A stretch of 64,000 nt of DNA from Acidobacteriota bacterium (GCA_965209055.1 OZ242374.1:4128001-4192000), one strand, 5' to 3'; positions 30,677 to 41,264 are shown, counted from the stretch's first letter. Notes: generated by a model from the letters alone, not told the origin. Numbers and translations: made by a program.

Positions 30677-31702
30677 ATGCAAGTCGTCGATGTGGAAAGG
30701 AAGCTGGAGAGCTACCGGCGTTCCTGCCGTAGGGGCACCGATTGGATGTTGGAACGCATCAATCCGGATGGGTCCCTGGGGAACGTCACGGAGCGGAACT
30801 ACTACTATCGCGTCCCCTGGGCCTTCGCCCTCATGGGTGAAACGGAAGCGGGCCACCGGTTGCTGGATTGGGCCGATCGCAACCGGATCACACCCGAAGG
30901 CGCCTTGGACGAGAGCGCCACCACGGCCGGACCGCAGCTCCGCTACGGCTCCTACCCTCTGGCGTGTCTGATCTACGGCGCCAGCCTGTTGGGCCGATTG
31001 GACCTGGTCCGGCGTTGCACCCGGAGTCTCCTCACCTGGCAGGACCCGGAGACCGGGGGCTTCTACGCCAACTCGCAGGAGGGCGTCGAAGGGGACCAGG
31101 AGCTGTTCCCCACGGCCCAGGCCGCCATGACTCTCTCCCTCGTAGGCCGCGTTCCCGAAGCGGTCCGGGCCGGTCGTTGGCTAGAGCGGGTCTGGGAACT
31201 GCAGCCCGATCCCGAGCACTGTCTCTACGCCGTCTACAGGCGTTCCCAGGGACTGGTTCGCGACTACGATCCCCAGGAGGCGGCGTTTTACGTCACCCTC
31301 AAGGACGAGCCCTGGCAACATCACTTCAACGGCGGAATCGCTGCCGCAGGGCTGCTCCACATCCACGAGGCCACGGGGGAGGACCGCTGGCTGCAGTTGG
31401 CCCGGCATTACGAACGATTCTCCATGAGCACGGACGACATCCAGTTCCGGTCCAAGCAGGTGTGCAAGTCAAGCTGGGGTTCAGGCCTGTTGTACGTGGC
31501 GACCCGGGAGGAAGCGTACCGGGCCTGGACCCGGCGCATGGGAGACTGGTTCGTGGAGCACCAGTTCGAGGACGGTCACTGGGAGAACACCAGGTTTTGG
31601 ACTCCGAAGCCGACGCTGGGCGACAAGATCCTGATCACGGCCGAGTTCGTCATGCATCTGGCCAATATCATCGCCTACCTCTCGGTCAGTCCCGAGCCGT
31701 GA
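30677..31702 (+). CDS. Hypothetical protein, probable (alpha/alpha) toroid
   Basis: SD AGGAG; repeated 'W...Q..DGxW/F'-like motifs resembling prenyltransferase/squalene cyclase repeats. Confidence 0.6.
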   Translation: MQVVDVERKLESYRRSCRRGTDWMLERINPDGSLGNVTERNYYYRVPWAFALMGETEAGHRLLDWADRNRITPEGALDESATTAGPQLRYGSYPLACLIYGASLLGRLDLVRRCTRSLLTWQDPETGGFYANSQEGVEGDQELFPTAQAAMTLSLVGRVPEAVRAGRWLERVWELQPDPEHCLYAVYRRSQGLVRDYDPQEAAFYVTLKDEPWQHHFNGGIAAAGLLHIHEATGEDRWLQLARHYERFSMSTDDIQFRSKQVCKSSWGSGLLYVATREEAYRAWTRRMGDWFVEHQFEDGHWENTRFWTPKPTLGDKILITAEFVMHLANIIAYLSVSPEP

Positions 31703-31731
31703 CAACGGCATTGCCTGTGCCTTTTGCGTGG

Positions 31732-33390
31732 TCACGGATTCCGAAACTGAAAGCCGTAGAGGTCCAGGTCGCGCAGCTCGAAATGGAGCCGGACCGGACT
31801 TCCGGCGAGCGAACCGAGGTCCGATGTTCCGTTCCAGGAAACCCGCCGCTCGATCCGGTTGGTGGTATGGATCCGGTCGCAGTCCTGCAGGGAATAGCCG
31901 TCCAGGGGCCTGAAATCCGAATCGAGAACCGCCACGCGGGCGATGCCGCCGGCAGACGTGTTCACGTTCAGGACCAGCTCGCTGCCGCGGAAACTCAGTA
32001 ACGGCGTCGTGAATTCGCCTCCCGAATAATCGGCCCGTACAGAGATGAACCCGTCCCGGCGCAAAACCAACCGGCTGATGGCGGCGTTCTCCCGATGGGG
32101 AGCCAGATCCGCCTTTCGGATCAGGCGATTCCTCCGGTCGTCCCAACCCCAGGCGTGCAGCATGTCCTTGCCCGAGTAGTACAGGTACATCTCCCGGCCG
32201 TTGAGCGCCGGCACGACGCCGTGGACCATGTAGCTGTCCCGCGTGTCGAACTCTCCATCCATTCCCAGCTCCACAAAAGGGCGCCGGTCGTAACGATGCC
32301 AGGCGATCCCGTCCCGGCTGGCGGCAAAGCGGATGTCGTTGGTCCCGGTGTTGTGCGGGGTTTCCTCCCTGAACTCGTGCAGGAAACGGCCGTCGTAGTG
32401 ATAGTAGAGCGAAGGGAAAGCGTAGTAGGCGTCCTGCGCCCAAGGGTATTTCACGACGATGCTGGTGTAGAAATCGGCCACCGGGACCCGGGTCCTGGAG
32501 ACGGGGTCGAAGTGGTGCAGATCCAGCCGGTCGGGGGACAGCGAGAGGGCCGAATCCTCGATGTCGGGAAACCGGTCGAGTCGGCGGGATTCGCTGCGGG
32601 CGTTGGTCCGGTGTTGGCCGGTCCCCGGAGCGTTCCGCCTCACATAGGCGACGTATTTTCGGATTCGATCGTCCCAGAAGATGATGTTGTAGGTGTCCAG
32701 GTGGTGTCTGCGGTCATCCCGGTAGGTCAGGACCCGCTCGTAGGTCGGCCGAAAACGGATCCCATCGGGGGCCGAGTAGACGTTGAGCTGGTTGCGTCCG
32801 TCGCCCCGTAGCCGCACGACCAGGCGGAACCGTTCTTCGGGCGGAGCGTTGGGGTCCAGGAAGACCATCCCATACGCCTGCTTCTCGATTCCGGCGGCGC
32901 CATGGCCGGCCACGATGTTGTTCTTCCGGCTGCCTTCGAACTCCACCAGCCCCAGGTTCGGCTTCTCCCAGGTGATCCCGTCGCGTGAGCGCGCGTAGCA
33001 CATGTAGCGACGCCAATCGCTTTGGTCCCTCTCCACCTTCAGGGTGTGGCCCCCCGCCTCGTCGCGGTCGAAATTGGCCAGGGACTCGTACCACATGTGG
33101 TAGGTCCCGCCCACTTTCAGCACCGTCCCGTACAGGCCCACTCTCCGGCTCTCCCACGGGTGTTCCTGGGGGATGGTCAGCTCGCCCGTCTTGCGAGGAG
33201 GATGAACCTGCAACCGGACTCCCTGGGAGGTTGCCAGGAACCGATGGTCGATGAAGACCTGGCGGCGGTCGCCGATGTCGAGCGGGGATGCGGACTCTCC
33301 CCAAGCCGGCGGCGTCATGAGCAGGAGCAGCGTCAGGCAGGCGAGCGGGTGTCGCGAACCGGATGTCAGGAGACGCTCGAAACTTGTCAT
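31732..33390 (-). CDS. Secreted beta-propeller glycoside hydrolase-like protein (paralog 1)
   Basis: Signal peptide; Asp-box-like 'SRDGITWEKP' repeats; C-terminal 'LRRDGF...LYGFQF' domain. Confidence 0.7.
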   Translation of the reverse strand: MTSFERLLTSGSRHPLACLTLLLLMTPPAWGESASPLDIGDRRQVFIDHRFLATSQGVRLQVHPPRKTGELTIPQEHPWESRRVGLYGTVLKVGGTYHMWYESLANFDRDEAGGHTLKVERDQSDWRRYMCYARSRDGITWEKPNLGLVEFEGSRKNNIVAGHGAAGIEKQAYGMVFLDPNAPPEERFRLVVRLRGDGRNQLNVYSAPDGIRFRPTYERVLTYRDDRRHHLDTYNIIFWDDRIRKYVAYVRRNAPGTGQHRTNARSESRRLDRFPDIEDSALSLSPDRLDLHHFDPVSRTRVPVADFYTSIVVKYPWAQDAYYAFPSLYYHYDGRFLHEFREETPHNTGTNDIRFAASRDGIAWHRYDRRPFVELGMDGEFDTRDSYMVHGVVPALNGREMYLYYSGKDMLHAWGWDDRRNRLIRKADLAPHRENAAISRLVLRRDGFISVRADYSGGEFTTPLLSFRGSELVLNVNTSAGGIARVAVLDSDFRPLDGYSLQDCDRIHTTNRIERRVSWNGTSDLGSLAGSPVRLHFELRDLDLYGFQFRNP

Positions 33391-33417
33391 CGGGGTCCTT
33401 TCCGCCGGCCTCGCGGA

Positions 33418-34377
33418 TCAATTCAACGACGTGGCGCTCAGGATGCGCCATCGGCCATTCGCGTCACAGGCCTCGTAGAAGAGCCGGAAACGCCCGTCGT
33501 CCAAGTCGATGACGCACGGCTCGGAGGCGTGGGTCTGGTCCAAGGGTCCGCCGATGTCGAGACAGGGCTCGGGATTCTTCTTCCAGTGCAGTCCGTCGCG
33601 TGAGACCGCCGCAAAAATCCGTCCGTGCATGGGATCGTGGGTCCAGGCTGCGAAGTACATTCGATAGGTGCCGTCGGCCAGACGGATCACTTCCGGGGCA
33701 TACACGGCATAGTCCTCGTAACGGGTCTCCTGGGGAATGCGCACTCCCGGTTCCAGTTCGAAGTGGAGCCCATCTTTCGAGGCGGCGCTCACGATATGGT
33801 TTTGCGACGTCAGGCCCGGCTTCAGAGGATGAGAGTAATGGTGGCAGTAGATCCGGTACCGGAGTCCGCCGTTCGGGCCCCGGAAATAGAGGCACCGGGG
33901 CGATCCGTAGGACCACCGGCCGTCGGCGACTCGAATCCCGGGCTCCGGCTCCCAGTCGAGCCCGTTTTCCGAGACGGCGCTCAGCACGCTGGTGGGAGCC
34001 GACGCCGTCCTGGCTTCATAGTACATGCGATACCGTCCGTCGGGCAGCGGGATGACGTCCGGACAGAGCACCCTGCGGTCCGCATGAGGCGAGTGGACAT
34101 CCAATCGAATCCCCGGATCCTTGACCCACACCACGGCGTCCTCGGACCTGGCGCTCAGAACGTACCCTTCCGACTCGACTGCGGGACGGCCGAGGCCAAG
34201 TCCCGTGTAGTACATGCGGTAGGTCCCATCCGGAAGACGAATCACATTGGGGGTGAGGATCTTGGTGGAATCCAGGGGCGTGTCCTGATCCACGGCGATG
34301 TGCGCATCCTTGACCCAGTTGCGCCCCGGATCACGCTCCGCAAAATGCACTGAACGAATGATCTCGGATATCTGCAC
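33418..34377 (-). CDS. Five-bladed beta-propeller protein (GH43/32/130-like)
   Basis: Repeats 'P.VIRL.DG.YRMYY' and 'S.DGL.W..EPG.R'; start uncertain (up to 34473). Confidence 0.7.
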   Translation of the reverse strand: MQISEIIRSVHFAERDPGRNWVKDAHIAVDQDTPLDSTKILTPNVIRLPDGTYRMYYTGLGLGRPAVESEGYVLSARSEDAVVWVKDPGIRLDVHSPHADRRVLCPDVIPLPDGRYRMYYEARTASAPTSVLSAVSENGLDWEPEPGIRVADGRWSYGSPRCLYFRGPNGGLRYRIYCHHYSHPLKPGLTSQNHIVSAASKDGLHFELEPGVRIPQETRYEDYAVYAPEVIRLADGTYRMYFAAWTHDPMHGRIFAAVSRDGLHWKKNPEPCLDIGGPLDQTHASEPCVIDLDDGRFRLFYEACDANGRWRILSATSLN

Positions 34378-34504
34378 CGTGCGTGCCTCTGGACAAGCCG
34401 TATGTGATGGTGCGTGGCACCGATCGCCACGAACGGTCTCCGGGAGGCTACTGAAGCGGGAGCCGTTCTTCAAGGCTGCCGTGAGGAGCCGTGCCCAGTC
34501 GGGG

Positions 34505-35788
34505 CTACCGTCTGGCGCGGCGCCAGAGCCAGAGACGCCACAAGGCGCCGGGAACCAGCGTCAGGACGCACATCCCCGCCAGGATTTCCGACACCTTCAG
34601 AGACGAGTCCAGAGCAAATCCTATCGCCGTCACGCCGAACGTGGACAGCAGGGTGAAGATGGCGTACTCGGTGGCGAAGACTCGTCCCCGCACTTGTCCC
34701 GGCACCGATTGGAGCAGGAGCTGAGTGGAAAAGACCCAGATGATTCCGCCGCCGATCCCCGCCCACAAGCTTCCCAGAAGCACGGTTTCCAGGTTGATGA
34801 GAAGAGACGAGATCCCCAAACCCAGAGCGCACAGGAAATATCCAACGACCAGGGCCAGGCGGAGCCGGTCGGGCCGGTCCCCGGTCCACAGGCGGGCGGC
34901 AATGGGACCGATGCCCGTCCCCAATCCGGCAGCGGAGAAGAGCAGGCCGAGGCTGATTCCTCCGGCTTCCCCCACGGGAAAAAGATTGCGGCCGACGACC
35001 ACCTTGACGACCTGGTACCCCTGGGAGAAGACCAGAGCGGTCACTCCCTTGTGGAGGGCCGTCACCAGAATGTCCCGGTTGTTCCCGAGGTAGCCGAGAC
35101 CCTCGAGATATTGGACCACGGCCGTCTCGAACAGGCCCCGGCCGGACGCGGCGGAGGTCTCGGGTGTCTTCCGGTACCGAACCCCCAAGAGGATGACGGC
35201 CGATACCACGAAGCTGAGGGCATCGATGATGAAGGCCGGATAGATCCCCCAGGTTCCGGCGGCGAATCCTCCCAGCGCCGCCCCGAACGCCAGCATCACC
35301 GACCAGGTGGTGGCGTTGATGGCGTTCGCCGTTCCCAGTTCCCGCGGAGAGACGATGTCGGGGAGAATGGCGTTGCGGGCCGGGAAGAAGAAACCTCCCA
35401 GGGCCAACTGGACGGCCGTGAGTGTATACAGCAGCCAGACGTCCTGCGGGTCACGGACCAGCAGGAAGCCGCAGACGGTGACGGCCCGAAACAGGTCGCT
35501 GAGGATGAGAATGTACTTGCGATTGCAGCGGTCGGCGATGACGCCCGCCAGCGGGCTGATGAGAAACGGGGCGAGCATTCGAACCGCAAACAGGCCCCCG
35601 ATAGCGAATCCGGACCCGGTGAGCTGGGCCAGGAGGGCGGCGGAGGCGATCAGGTTGAACCAGTCGCCCAGCAGGCTCGCGATCTGCCCGAACCAGAGAT
35701 ACCGGAAATTGGCGTTGCCCCGAACCAGCTCCCAATAACCCGTCGGCGCTTCTTCCGGACCAGCCCCGGTATTCACTCGCTCCGGCAT
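34505..35788 (-). CDS. MFS transporter
   Basis: 'FRYLWFGQIASLLGDW', 'GVIADRCNRK' and 'RGRVFA'; multiple hydrophobic segments. Confidence 0.9.
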   Translation of the reverse strand: MPERVNTGAGPEEAPTGYWELVRGNANFRYLWFGQIASLLGDWFNLIASAALLAQLTGSGFAIGGLFAVRMLAPFLISPLAGVIADRCNRKYILILSDLFRAVTVCGFLLVRDPQDVWLLYTLTAVQLALGGFFFPARNAILPDIVSPRELGTANAINATTWSVMLAFGAALGGFAAGTWGIYPAFIIDALSFVVSAVILLGVRYRKTPETSAASGRGLFETAVVQYLEGLGYLGNNRDILVTALHKGVTALVFSQGYQVVKVVVGRNLFPVGEAGGISLGLLFSAAGLGTGIGPIAARLWTGDRPDRLRLALVVGYFLCALGLGISSLLINLETVLLGSLWAGIGGGIIWVFSTQLLLQSVPGQVRGRVFATEYAIFTLLSTFGVTAIGFALDSSLKVSEILAGMCVLTLVPGALWRLWLWRRARR

Positions 35789-36999
35789 GGCTCGCACCCG
35801 AACAACTCTCGACGGCCTCGTTCCAGATCCGCTCGAATGGACTCGATTTCCTGGTTCTGAGACCGGCTCTGCGTCCAACCCGCTTCCCGCATCTTGTCGA
35901 GAATCTGCTCGGCGGCGAGGGCGTGCCCGTTCTGATTGAAATGGCTGTCGGTGAGAAAGAATTCCTTGATCGGAGTCGAGCTGGCTTCGAAGCTCCGTCG
36001 GATCGAGATCACGGTGGCCCCAAGATCGCTCAGGACGCCTTCGACCCGGTTCGTTCCATACCGGGGATCCATTCCTTCCGGTTTCCCCTGCTTGTACAGA
36101 ACCCAAAGTTCCGAAAGCGTCCATTTGTAGGGAATGACCAGGGCGATCAGCGGAATCCGGTGTTTGTCGAGCAGACTCTTTACGCGTTTCAGAGCCGATC
36201 CCGTGTCATCCCACGCTCGACGCAACGGTGGCGGTTGGTGGTCCTCGGGGAGAAGGGAAGCGAGCGCTCCGGTGACGGAGAGTCCGGCTTGCCGTGCGTG
36301 CTTCAGGAAATACCGCTGAGTCGATTTGCCGTCGCCCGCTCTGATCCCTTGATACCAGAACGAGGCCCGCACCGCAGGTTCCTCCGCCAGGCCGAAGATC
36401 CGGAAACGGCGGCGCATCCCGGCTCTGACCGGATCCAGGAACACAGGTTCCAGGTCCGGAACGGCCGGGTTCAGATAGGGGCGGAACAGGTCCTGCATGC
36501 TGCAGGTATGGGCGAGTTCAACGCTGTTGTTGCAGAGGTCGTTGAAGGGGAATACCTGGAGCACCACCACGTCCGGATTCAGGTCCAACCCCAGAGTCTC
36601 CAATGCGATCAACTGCTGGTTGGTTCCCCAGTCTCCGACGGCCAGGTTGATGACTTCCCAGGACTCGCCGTTCTGGTTGAGCTGGTCCGCGAGCAGTCCC
36701 GGGTACGTTTTTGCGTAATCCACGTTCATCCCCGCGGAGAAGGAATCGCCCAGGTTCAACAGCCGCCGGGTCCCCTCCGGCTTGGTCCGGCTCACCTCAG
36801 GCGAACGGAAACCGCGGGAGTTGAGCCCGGGGACCCGGCGGTGAACCGGATCCAACGTCCAGCCCAGATCGGGATCGTAGCGATACCAGGGGCTGGTGTT
36901 GGGATCGTAGTCGGAGAGCCGCAGCCCCACCTCGACGATGGTCAAGACCACCAGTGTGGACGACAGACCCAGCAGGAGCTTGATCGTTGCGCTCTTCAT
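35773..36999 (-). CDS. SGNH/GDSL hydrolase family protein, membrane-anchored
   Basis: 'LGDSFSAG', 'INLAV', 'NDL' and 'DSHFNQNGH'. Confidence 0.85.
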   Translation of the reverse strand: MKSATIKLLLGLSSTLVVLTIVEVGLRLSDYDPNTSPWYRYDPDLGWTLDPVHRRVPGLNSRGFRSPEVSRTKPEGTRRLLNLGDSFSAGMNVDYAKTYPGLLADQLNQNGESWEVINLAVGDWGTNQQLIALETLGLDLNPDVVVLQVFPFNDLCNNSVELAHTCSMQDLFRPYLNPAVPDLEPVFLDPVRAGMRRRFRIFGLAEEPAVRASFWYQGIRAGDGKSTQRYFLKHARQAGLSVTGALASLLPEDHQPPPLRRAWDDTGSALKRVKSLLDKHRIPLIALVIPYKWTLSELWVLYKQGKPEGMDPRYGTNRVEGVLSDLGATVISIRRSFEASSTPIKEFFLTDSHFNQNGHALAAEQILDKMREAGWTQSRSQNQEIESIRADLERGRRELFGCEPCRSE

Positions 37000-37030
37000 T
37001 GGAACAGGTATCCCGAGCCGATCCCCCGGA

Positions 37031-39955
37031 TCAGGGTTCGCACTCCAGGACCACCTCGGTGAGGATCGGTGAATTGCCGCCGTCGGGGGAGACCAGCACG
37101 ACCCTGTACTGGAGCCAGGAATGGCCTTCCGGGATCTGCTTCAGGGGATCTCCTGACGTGGAATAGAAAGAGCCGGAGCCCTCGGGGCCTCTCCACGGGG
37201 CCGTTTCCAGACCGTCTTGCCCGGCAGCAGTGCGCACCTGGAACTTGAGTCCTGTACCCAGTGGCGTCTCTCCCGACCAGAGCAGGCGCTTGAAACCGGT
37301 TCCCGCAGGCGCCTCGACCGGGACGGAAATGAAGTCCCACTCCGGTTCCCGGGTGTAGACGTTCCCGGCATCGACCATGGCGTCCAGATGGACTCCCACG
37401 GTCGGCAGATGGGTTCGACGGGAATCGTCGAAGCCCGCCTTCGAGCCCCAGTAGATGTTCGTCCCTGCCGCATGGTCGAAGAAGGTCTGATGGTTGGAGA
37501 CCACCAGGTCCATCCAGCCGTCCCGGTCCAGATCCAGAGCATCCACCGCCGCTGAAGAAGCGGCCTTCACCAGCGTCCGCCGGGACTTGGAGTAGTTTCG
37601 GCTCCCGTCTCCCCAATAGACGAAGGCGGGAATCTCCCGCGTGGTGACCGACTTGTAGTTGGTCATCGCGATATCCAGATGGCCGTCCTCGTTGAAATCG
37701 GCGATGGAGGCGTCCAGGCTCGTGAATCCTTCCAGCGGAGTGGGAGGGGCCGCCGTTAGTCCGTCGGGACTCCCCCAGTAGATGAGCGCCGGTCCGTCCA
37801 TGTCCCGGTATCGGGGACTGGCGCTGCTGGTGAAGAGCAGGTCGAGCCAGCCGTCCCGGTCCAGGTCGGCCGGCACGGCATGGGGGGCGCCGTAGGCCTC
37901 CAAAAGGAGATGGTTCTCTTGCCGGTAACCGTCGGGGCTTCCCCAGAAGATCTGCGACTCGTCACCGTAGCTCATGGGAAAGACCAGGTCCAGGTGGCCG
38001 TCCCGGTCCAGATCGGCGATGGCGTTGGCTTCCAGCAACTTGTCGTGAAGATCCCACTGGGTCGTGCGAGGCGATTCGAACCGTCCGGCGCCGCCCCAGA
38101 CGATGGTGGCCACTGCGGCATCCTTGCGGCCGGAAACGCCGGAGCCGGCAAAGAGGAGGTCCAGGTAACCGTCCCGGTTCAAATCCGCAATGTTGTTGCT
38201 GATGGGCCGTGGGACATTCAGCCGGGTGCGCCGGTCGGCGCTGTACCCTTTCGTCCCGCCCCACCAGATGGCCGGTCCCTCACGATGAGCCATAAGCAGG
38301 TCGGGAAAGTCGTCGTCGTCCAGATCGGCGATGCTGTACTCCATCGTGCCTCCCGGCTCCAACAACGTCAGGGAGGAATCACCGTATTGGCGTTGGGATT
38401 CGCCCCAGAAGATGGCCGTGGGGAGGATATCGGTGTTGCTGCTCAAATGATTGATCAGGAGGATGTCCGGCCAACCGTTCCCGTCCAGGTCGGCGACCCC
38501 CGAACCGTCAACGCCGAATCCCAGGAGCTGGGTGCGCCGGTGCCGGGAAAACCCATGATCGCTTCCCCAGTAGATGTAGGAGGGCGCGTCGACGGTGGCT
38601 TGGCCCCGGCTGTTGCCGAACAGAAGGTCGAGACGACCGTCAAGATTCAGATCGGACGCTTGAACCGTCGTCGCAGACAAAGTGGGGAGGGACGTGCGTT
38701 TTGCGGGGCTGAATCCATTTTCCGTACCCCAGAAAATCTCCGATGCCGGCGGCGATCCCCTGCGGCCTCCCTTGTTGGCAAAAACGAGATCAACCCTGCC
38801 GTCATCATCGAGATCCGCGGCGGCCAGTCCCTGGCACGAATCCGCCGGGAGTTGAATCGAGTTTTGGCGATCGAGTCCCCCGGAAGATCCGAAAAACACG
38901 ACGCCGTTGGAACTGCCGGCGGCGACCAGGTCATGGATCCCGTCTCCGTTGAGATCCGTGGCCAGCAGCGTGCTCATGCCGTCGTGCATCCGCTTTCCCG
39001 GTTTCACGCCTGCATCGAGATGGAGGTCCTTGGCATCGAGAATCTGACGCCGCTCGGGTCCGAATCCTCCCTTGCCGTCTCCCCAATAGACGTAACAGCT
39101 CTGGACTTGGCTGTTGTGGTTGGCGAAGGCCAGGTCCAGGGAGCCGTCGCCGTTGAAGTCTCCTATGGCCGCGTCCTGTGCCGTGACACTGGGAACCGAA
39201 CTCCGGCGTTGGGGATGAAAGCCGGTGACGCTTCCCCAGTAGATGTAGGACTCCAGGTGCAACCGAAGCCCCAGGGATTCGCCCAGCTCATCCCCCCGGT
39301 TGGCCACGACCAGGTCGGGGAAGCCGTCTCCGTTCAGGTCATCTGCCGCGACTCCGCCAGCCCGATAGGCGGGAAGCTGCGTGTGGTTCCCGAGACCGTA
39401 ACCCGAAGGTCCCCCCCAATAGATGAAGACATCCTGATCCGGCCGGTAGTTGTGCATGAAATTGGCGATGACGATGTCGGGGAACCCGTCCAGATTCAGG
39501 TCCGAGATCAACCCGCGGCCGCCACCTTGGGTCGGCAGCCGGGTGATGCGGGAGGCAGCGTCGTCCAGGTACTTCAAGATGGAGAACGGGGCACGGAGTT
39601 CCCACAAGTCGGGCATCAGCGACCGGAACCCTTCGGGACCTCCCCAGTAGATGATGGAGTCGGGGTTGTAGACGCTGTTGTGGTCCTGGGTGAAGACCAG
39701 ATCCAACTCTCCGTCCCGGTTCAGGTCAAGCCGGTTGATGGTCTGAAGCCTTCCTTTTCGGGAAACGTAGGTGTTGGCCCCGGCATCGCCCAAACGTCCC
39801 TGGCTCAGGCTGTCGAAGCCGCTGTGGCGGACCCGGTGGATTTCGGACTGGGAATGGAGGTTCGAGGAGACCGCTGCCGTCAGGGTCAGGGCAAGAAGGA
39901 ATCCCGACAATGATGAGAAGTCTTTTCGGAAGTGGTGCAGCGGCCGCAATCGCAT
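37031..39955 (-). CDS. Secreted FG-GAP/VCBS repeat protein
   Basis: Signal peptide; many DLNxDGxxDL repeats alternating with 'YIYWG' motifs. Confidence 0.85.
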   Translation of the reverse strand: MRLRPLHHFRKDFSSLSGFLLALTLTAAVSSNLHSQSEIHRVRHSGFDSLSQGRLGDAGANTYVSRKGRLQTINRLDLNRDGELDLVFTQDHNSVYNPDSIIYWGGPEGFRSLMPDLWELRAPFSILKYLDDAASRITRLPTQGGGRGLISDLNLDGFPDIVIANFMHNYRPDQDVFIYWGGPSGYGLGNHTQLPAYRAGGVAADDLNGDGFPDLVVANRGDELGESLGLRLHLESYIYWGSVTGFHPQRRSSVPSVTAQDAAIGDFNGDGSLDLAFANHNSQVQSCYVYWGDGKGGFGPERRQILDAKDLHLDAGVKPGKRMHDGMSTLLATDLNGDGIHDLVAAGSSNGVVFFGSSGGLDRQNSIQLPADSCQGLAAADLDDDGRVDLVFANKGGRRGSPPASEIFWGTENGFSPAKRTSLPTLSATTVQASDLNLDGRLDLLFGNSRGQATVDAPSYIYWGSDHGFSRHRRTQLLGFGVDGSGVADLDGNGWPDILLINHLSSNTDILPTAIFWGESQRQYGDSSLTLLEPGGTMEYSIADLDDDDFPDLLMAHREGPAIWWGGTKGYSADRRTRLNVPRPISNNIADLNRDGYLDLLFAGSGVSGRKDAAVATIVWGGAGRFESPRTTQWDLHDKLLEANAIADLDRDGHLDLVFPMSYGDESQIFWGSPDGYRQENHLLLEAYGAPHAVPADLDRDGWLDLLFTSSASPRYRDMDGPALIYWGSPDGLTAAPPTPLEGFTSLDASIADFNEDGHLDIAMTNYKSVTTREIPAFVYWGDGSRNYSKSRRTLVKAASSAAVDALDLDRDGWMDLVVSNHQTFFDHAAGTNIYWGSKAGFDDSRRTHLPTVGVHLDAMVDAGNVYTREPEWDFISVPVEAPAGTGFKRLLWSGETPLGTGLKFQVRTAAGQDGLETAPWRGPEGSGSFYSTSGDPLKQIPEGHSWLQYRVVLVSPDGGNSPILTEVVLECEP

Positions 39956-40088
39956 TGTCTCTTCCCTCCGTCGGGTTCCGTGATAGTTCCGCACTTGTTT
40001 AACAGATCACGGTGGGCGGGGGAATGAGAATTGCGAATTATCAGGAGCAACAGTTGGTGGGAGTGTTGCAGACGGCTGGAAGGATGTA

Positions 40089-40112
40089 GGGGCCGGTCGG
40101 ACAACCGGCCCC
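40089..40112 (-). terminator. GC hairpin downstream of Cys-rich peptide 1
   Basis: GGGGCCGGT-6 nt-ACCGGCCCC; similar to the hairpin at 41241; no clear U-tract. Confidence 0.5.
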
Positions 40113-40129
40113 TTGGGATGGGATTCGAA

Positions 40130-40384
40130 TTACCTACACCAACTCATGCAGTTTCTGAAATCCCGGCTGCAAATTCTCCTGTTCAAGTAATAGGCAAAAT
40201 AACATTGCATTTCTTCCCCGAATCGTCGACACCTCCGATAGTCGTCATAAGCCTGCGACAGACACCGATCGTAACTGAGCCAGCAGTTCCTGTAACAGAT
40301 CGCTTGGCCCGAACGTCCGGGAACGGTTGCAATCGATACTTGTAGAACGAACAGAGTGATCATGAGTGTGGCAATGGCTTTCAT
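40130..40384 (-). CDS. Secreted 8-Cys peptide 1 (C-x3-C-x6-C-x10-C-x8-C-x10-C-x6-C-x3-C)
   Basis: SD AAGGAG, signal peptide MKAIATLMITLFVLQVSIA, Cys spacing shared with two paralogs. Confidence 0.88.
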   Translation of the reverse strand: MKAIATLMITLFVLQVSIATVPGRSGQAICYRNCWLSYDRCLSQAYDDYRRCRRFGEEMQCYFAYYLNRRICSRDFRNCMSWCR

Positions 40385-40393
40385 TGATTCTCC

Positions 40394-40875
40394 TTACTTT
40401 TTGCTATTCCGATTGTTGCTCGCAGACCTTGGAGACAAACTCCGGTCCCACGTTTTCATCCAGAAGGGGTCGCTCGAATTTGGGCGTCCACGAGAGGGTG
40501 CTCCATGAATTTGTCCAGCCGCTCGTTCTCTCCGCGGATGAACGGCCAGGTCATCATCCACCGATACACCTGATGCGTTCGCTGCTTGGGCGATGTCGTT
40601 ACAGGTGTGGAGACGGGAGGTTGTTACCGAGGATTGGAAGCGGCGAACTTCCAAGGCGGCAGGCCACTCTCGGTTTCTGCTTGGACGTCGGCTTCGGCTT
40701 CCAAAACGTCTCCGTCCTCCCGGTCGCGTTTCAGACTCTCCAACTACTGCCCCGTTATGGGTTGTTGTGTTGGATCGCTCACGCGTGCCGGATCGGTGTT
40801 CTCCCAACACCACCAGAGAATCAGCAGCAGGGGAATGACGAGAATCATTCCCAGTTTCGAGTACTTTACTGTCAT
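40394..40875 (-). pseudogene. Decayed paralog of the ankyrin protein at 41854-42708
   Basis: SD and ATG with TM anchor (MTVKYSKLGMILVIPLLLILWWCW), TAG at 40744-40746, then fragments in shifting frames matching the intact C-terminus. Confidence 0.75.
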
Positions 40876-40952
40876 GGATCGGACCTCCTTTCGTTAGGAC
40901 GGAAGTCCTGCGCAGACATGCCTGAAGCCGGACGAGTATAATTTTGCAAGAT

Positions 40953-40980
40953 TGACTCCTCCTCCTACGCAGGACGAGTT
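40953..40980 (-). promoter_or_regulatory. Conserved upstream motif, cassette copy A
   Basis: 25/28 identical to 42811-42838; minus-strand TATACT (-10-like) lies just downstream. Confidence 0.6.
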
Positions 40981-41240
40981 GATTGAGAGCCTGTCGAATG
41001 TAGCCCCATTCGACAGGCTCGACTCGGAAGCGGTAGATCCTGGCACGACGAGTCGAGACCTGTGAACACTATTTTTAGTCTCATCCGCTTCCTGCCAGTT
41101 CGAACCGATGTCCCCGTTCAACCATTGGACTCCGCACGGCATTTTGGGTTCTCATAGGTCCCGCCTGTAGAGAACCAAGCCTCCGGCTTTCCTCGGGACG
41201 GGACTGCCCGGAAACCCCAATTGATGGGGGGAGTAGGGGA

Positions 41241-41264
41241 GGGGCCGATTTTTTCACCGGCCCC
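41241..41264 (-). terminator. GC hairpin downstream of Cys-rich peptide 2
   Basis: GGGGCCG...CGGCCCC, similar to 40089-40112. Confidence 0.5.
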
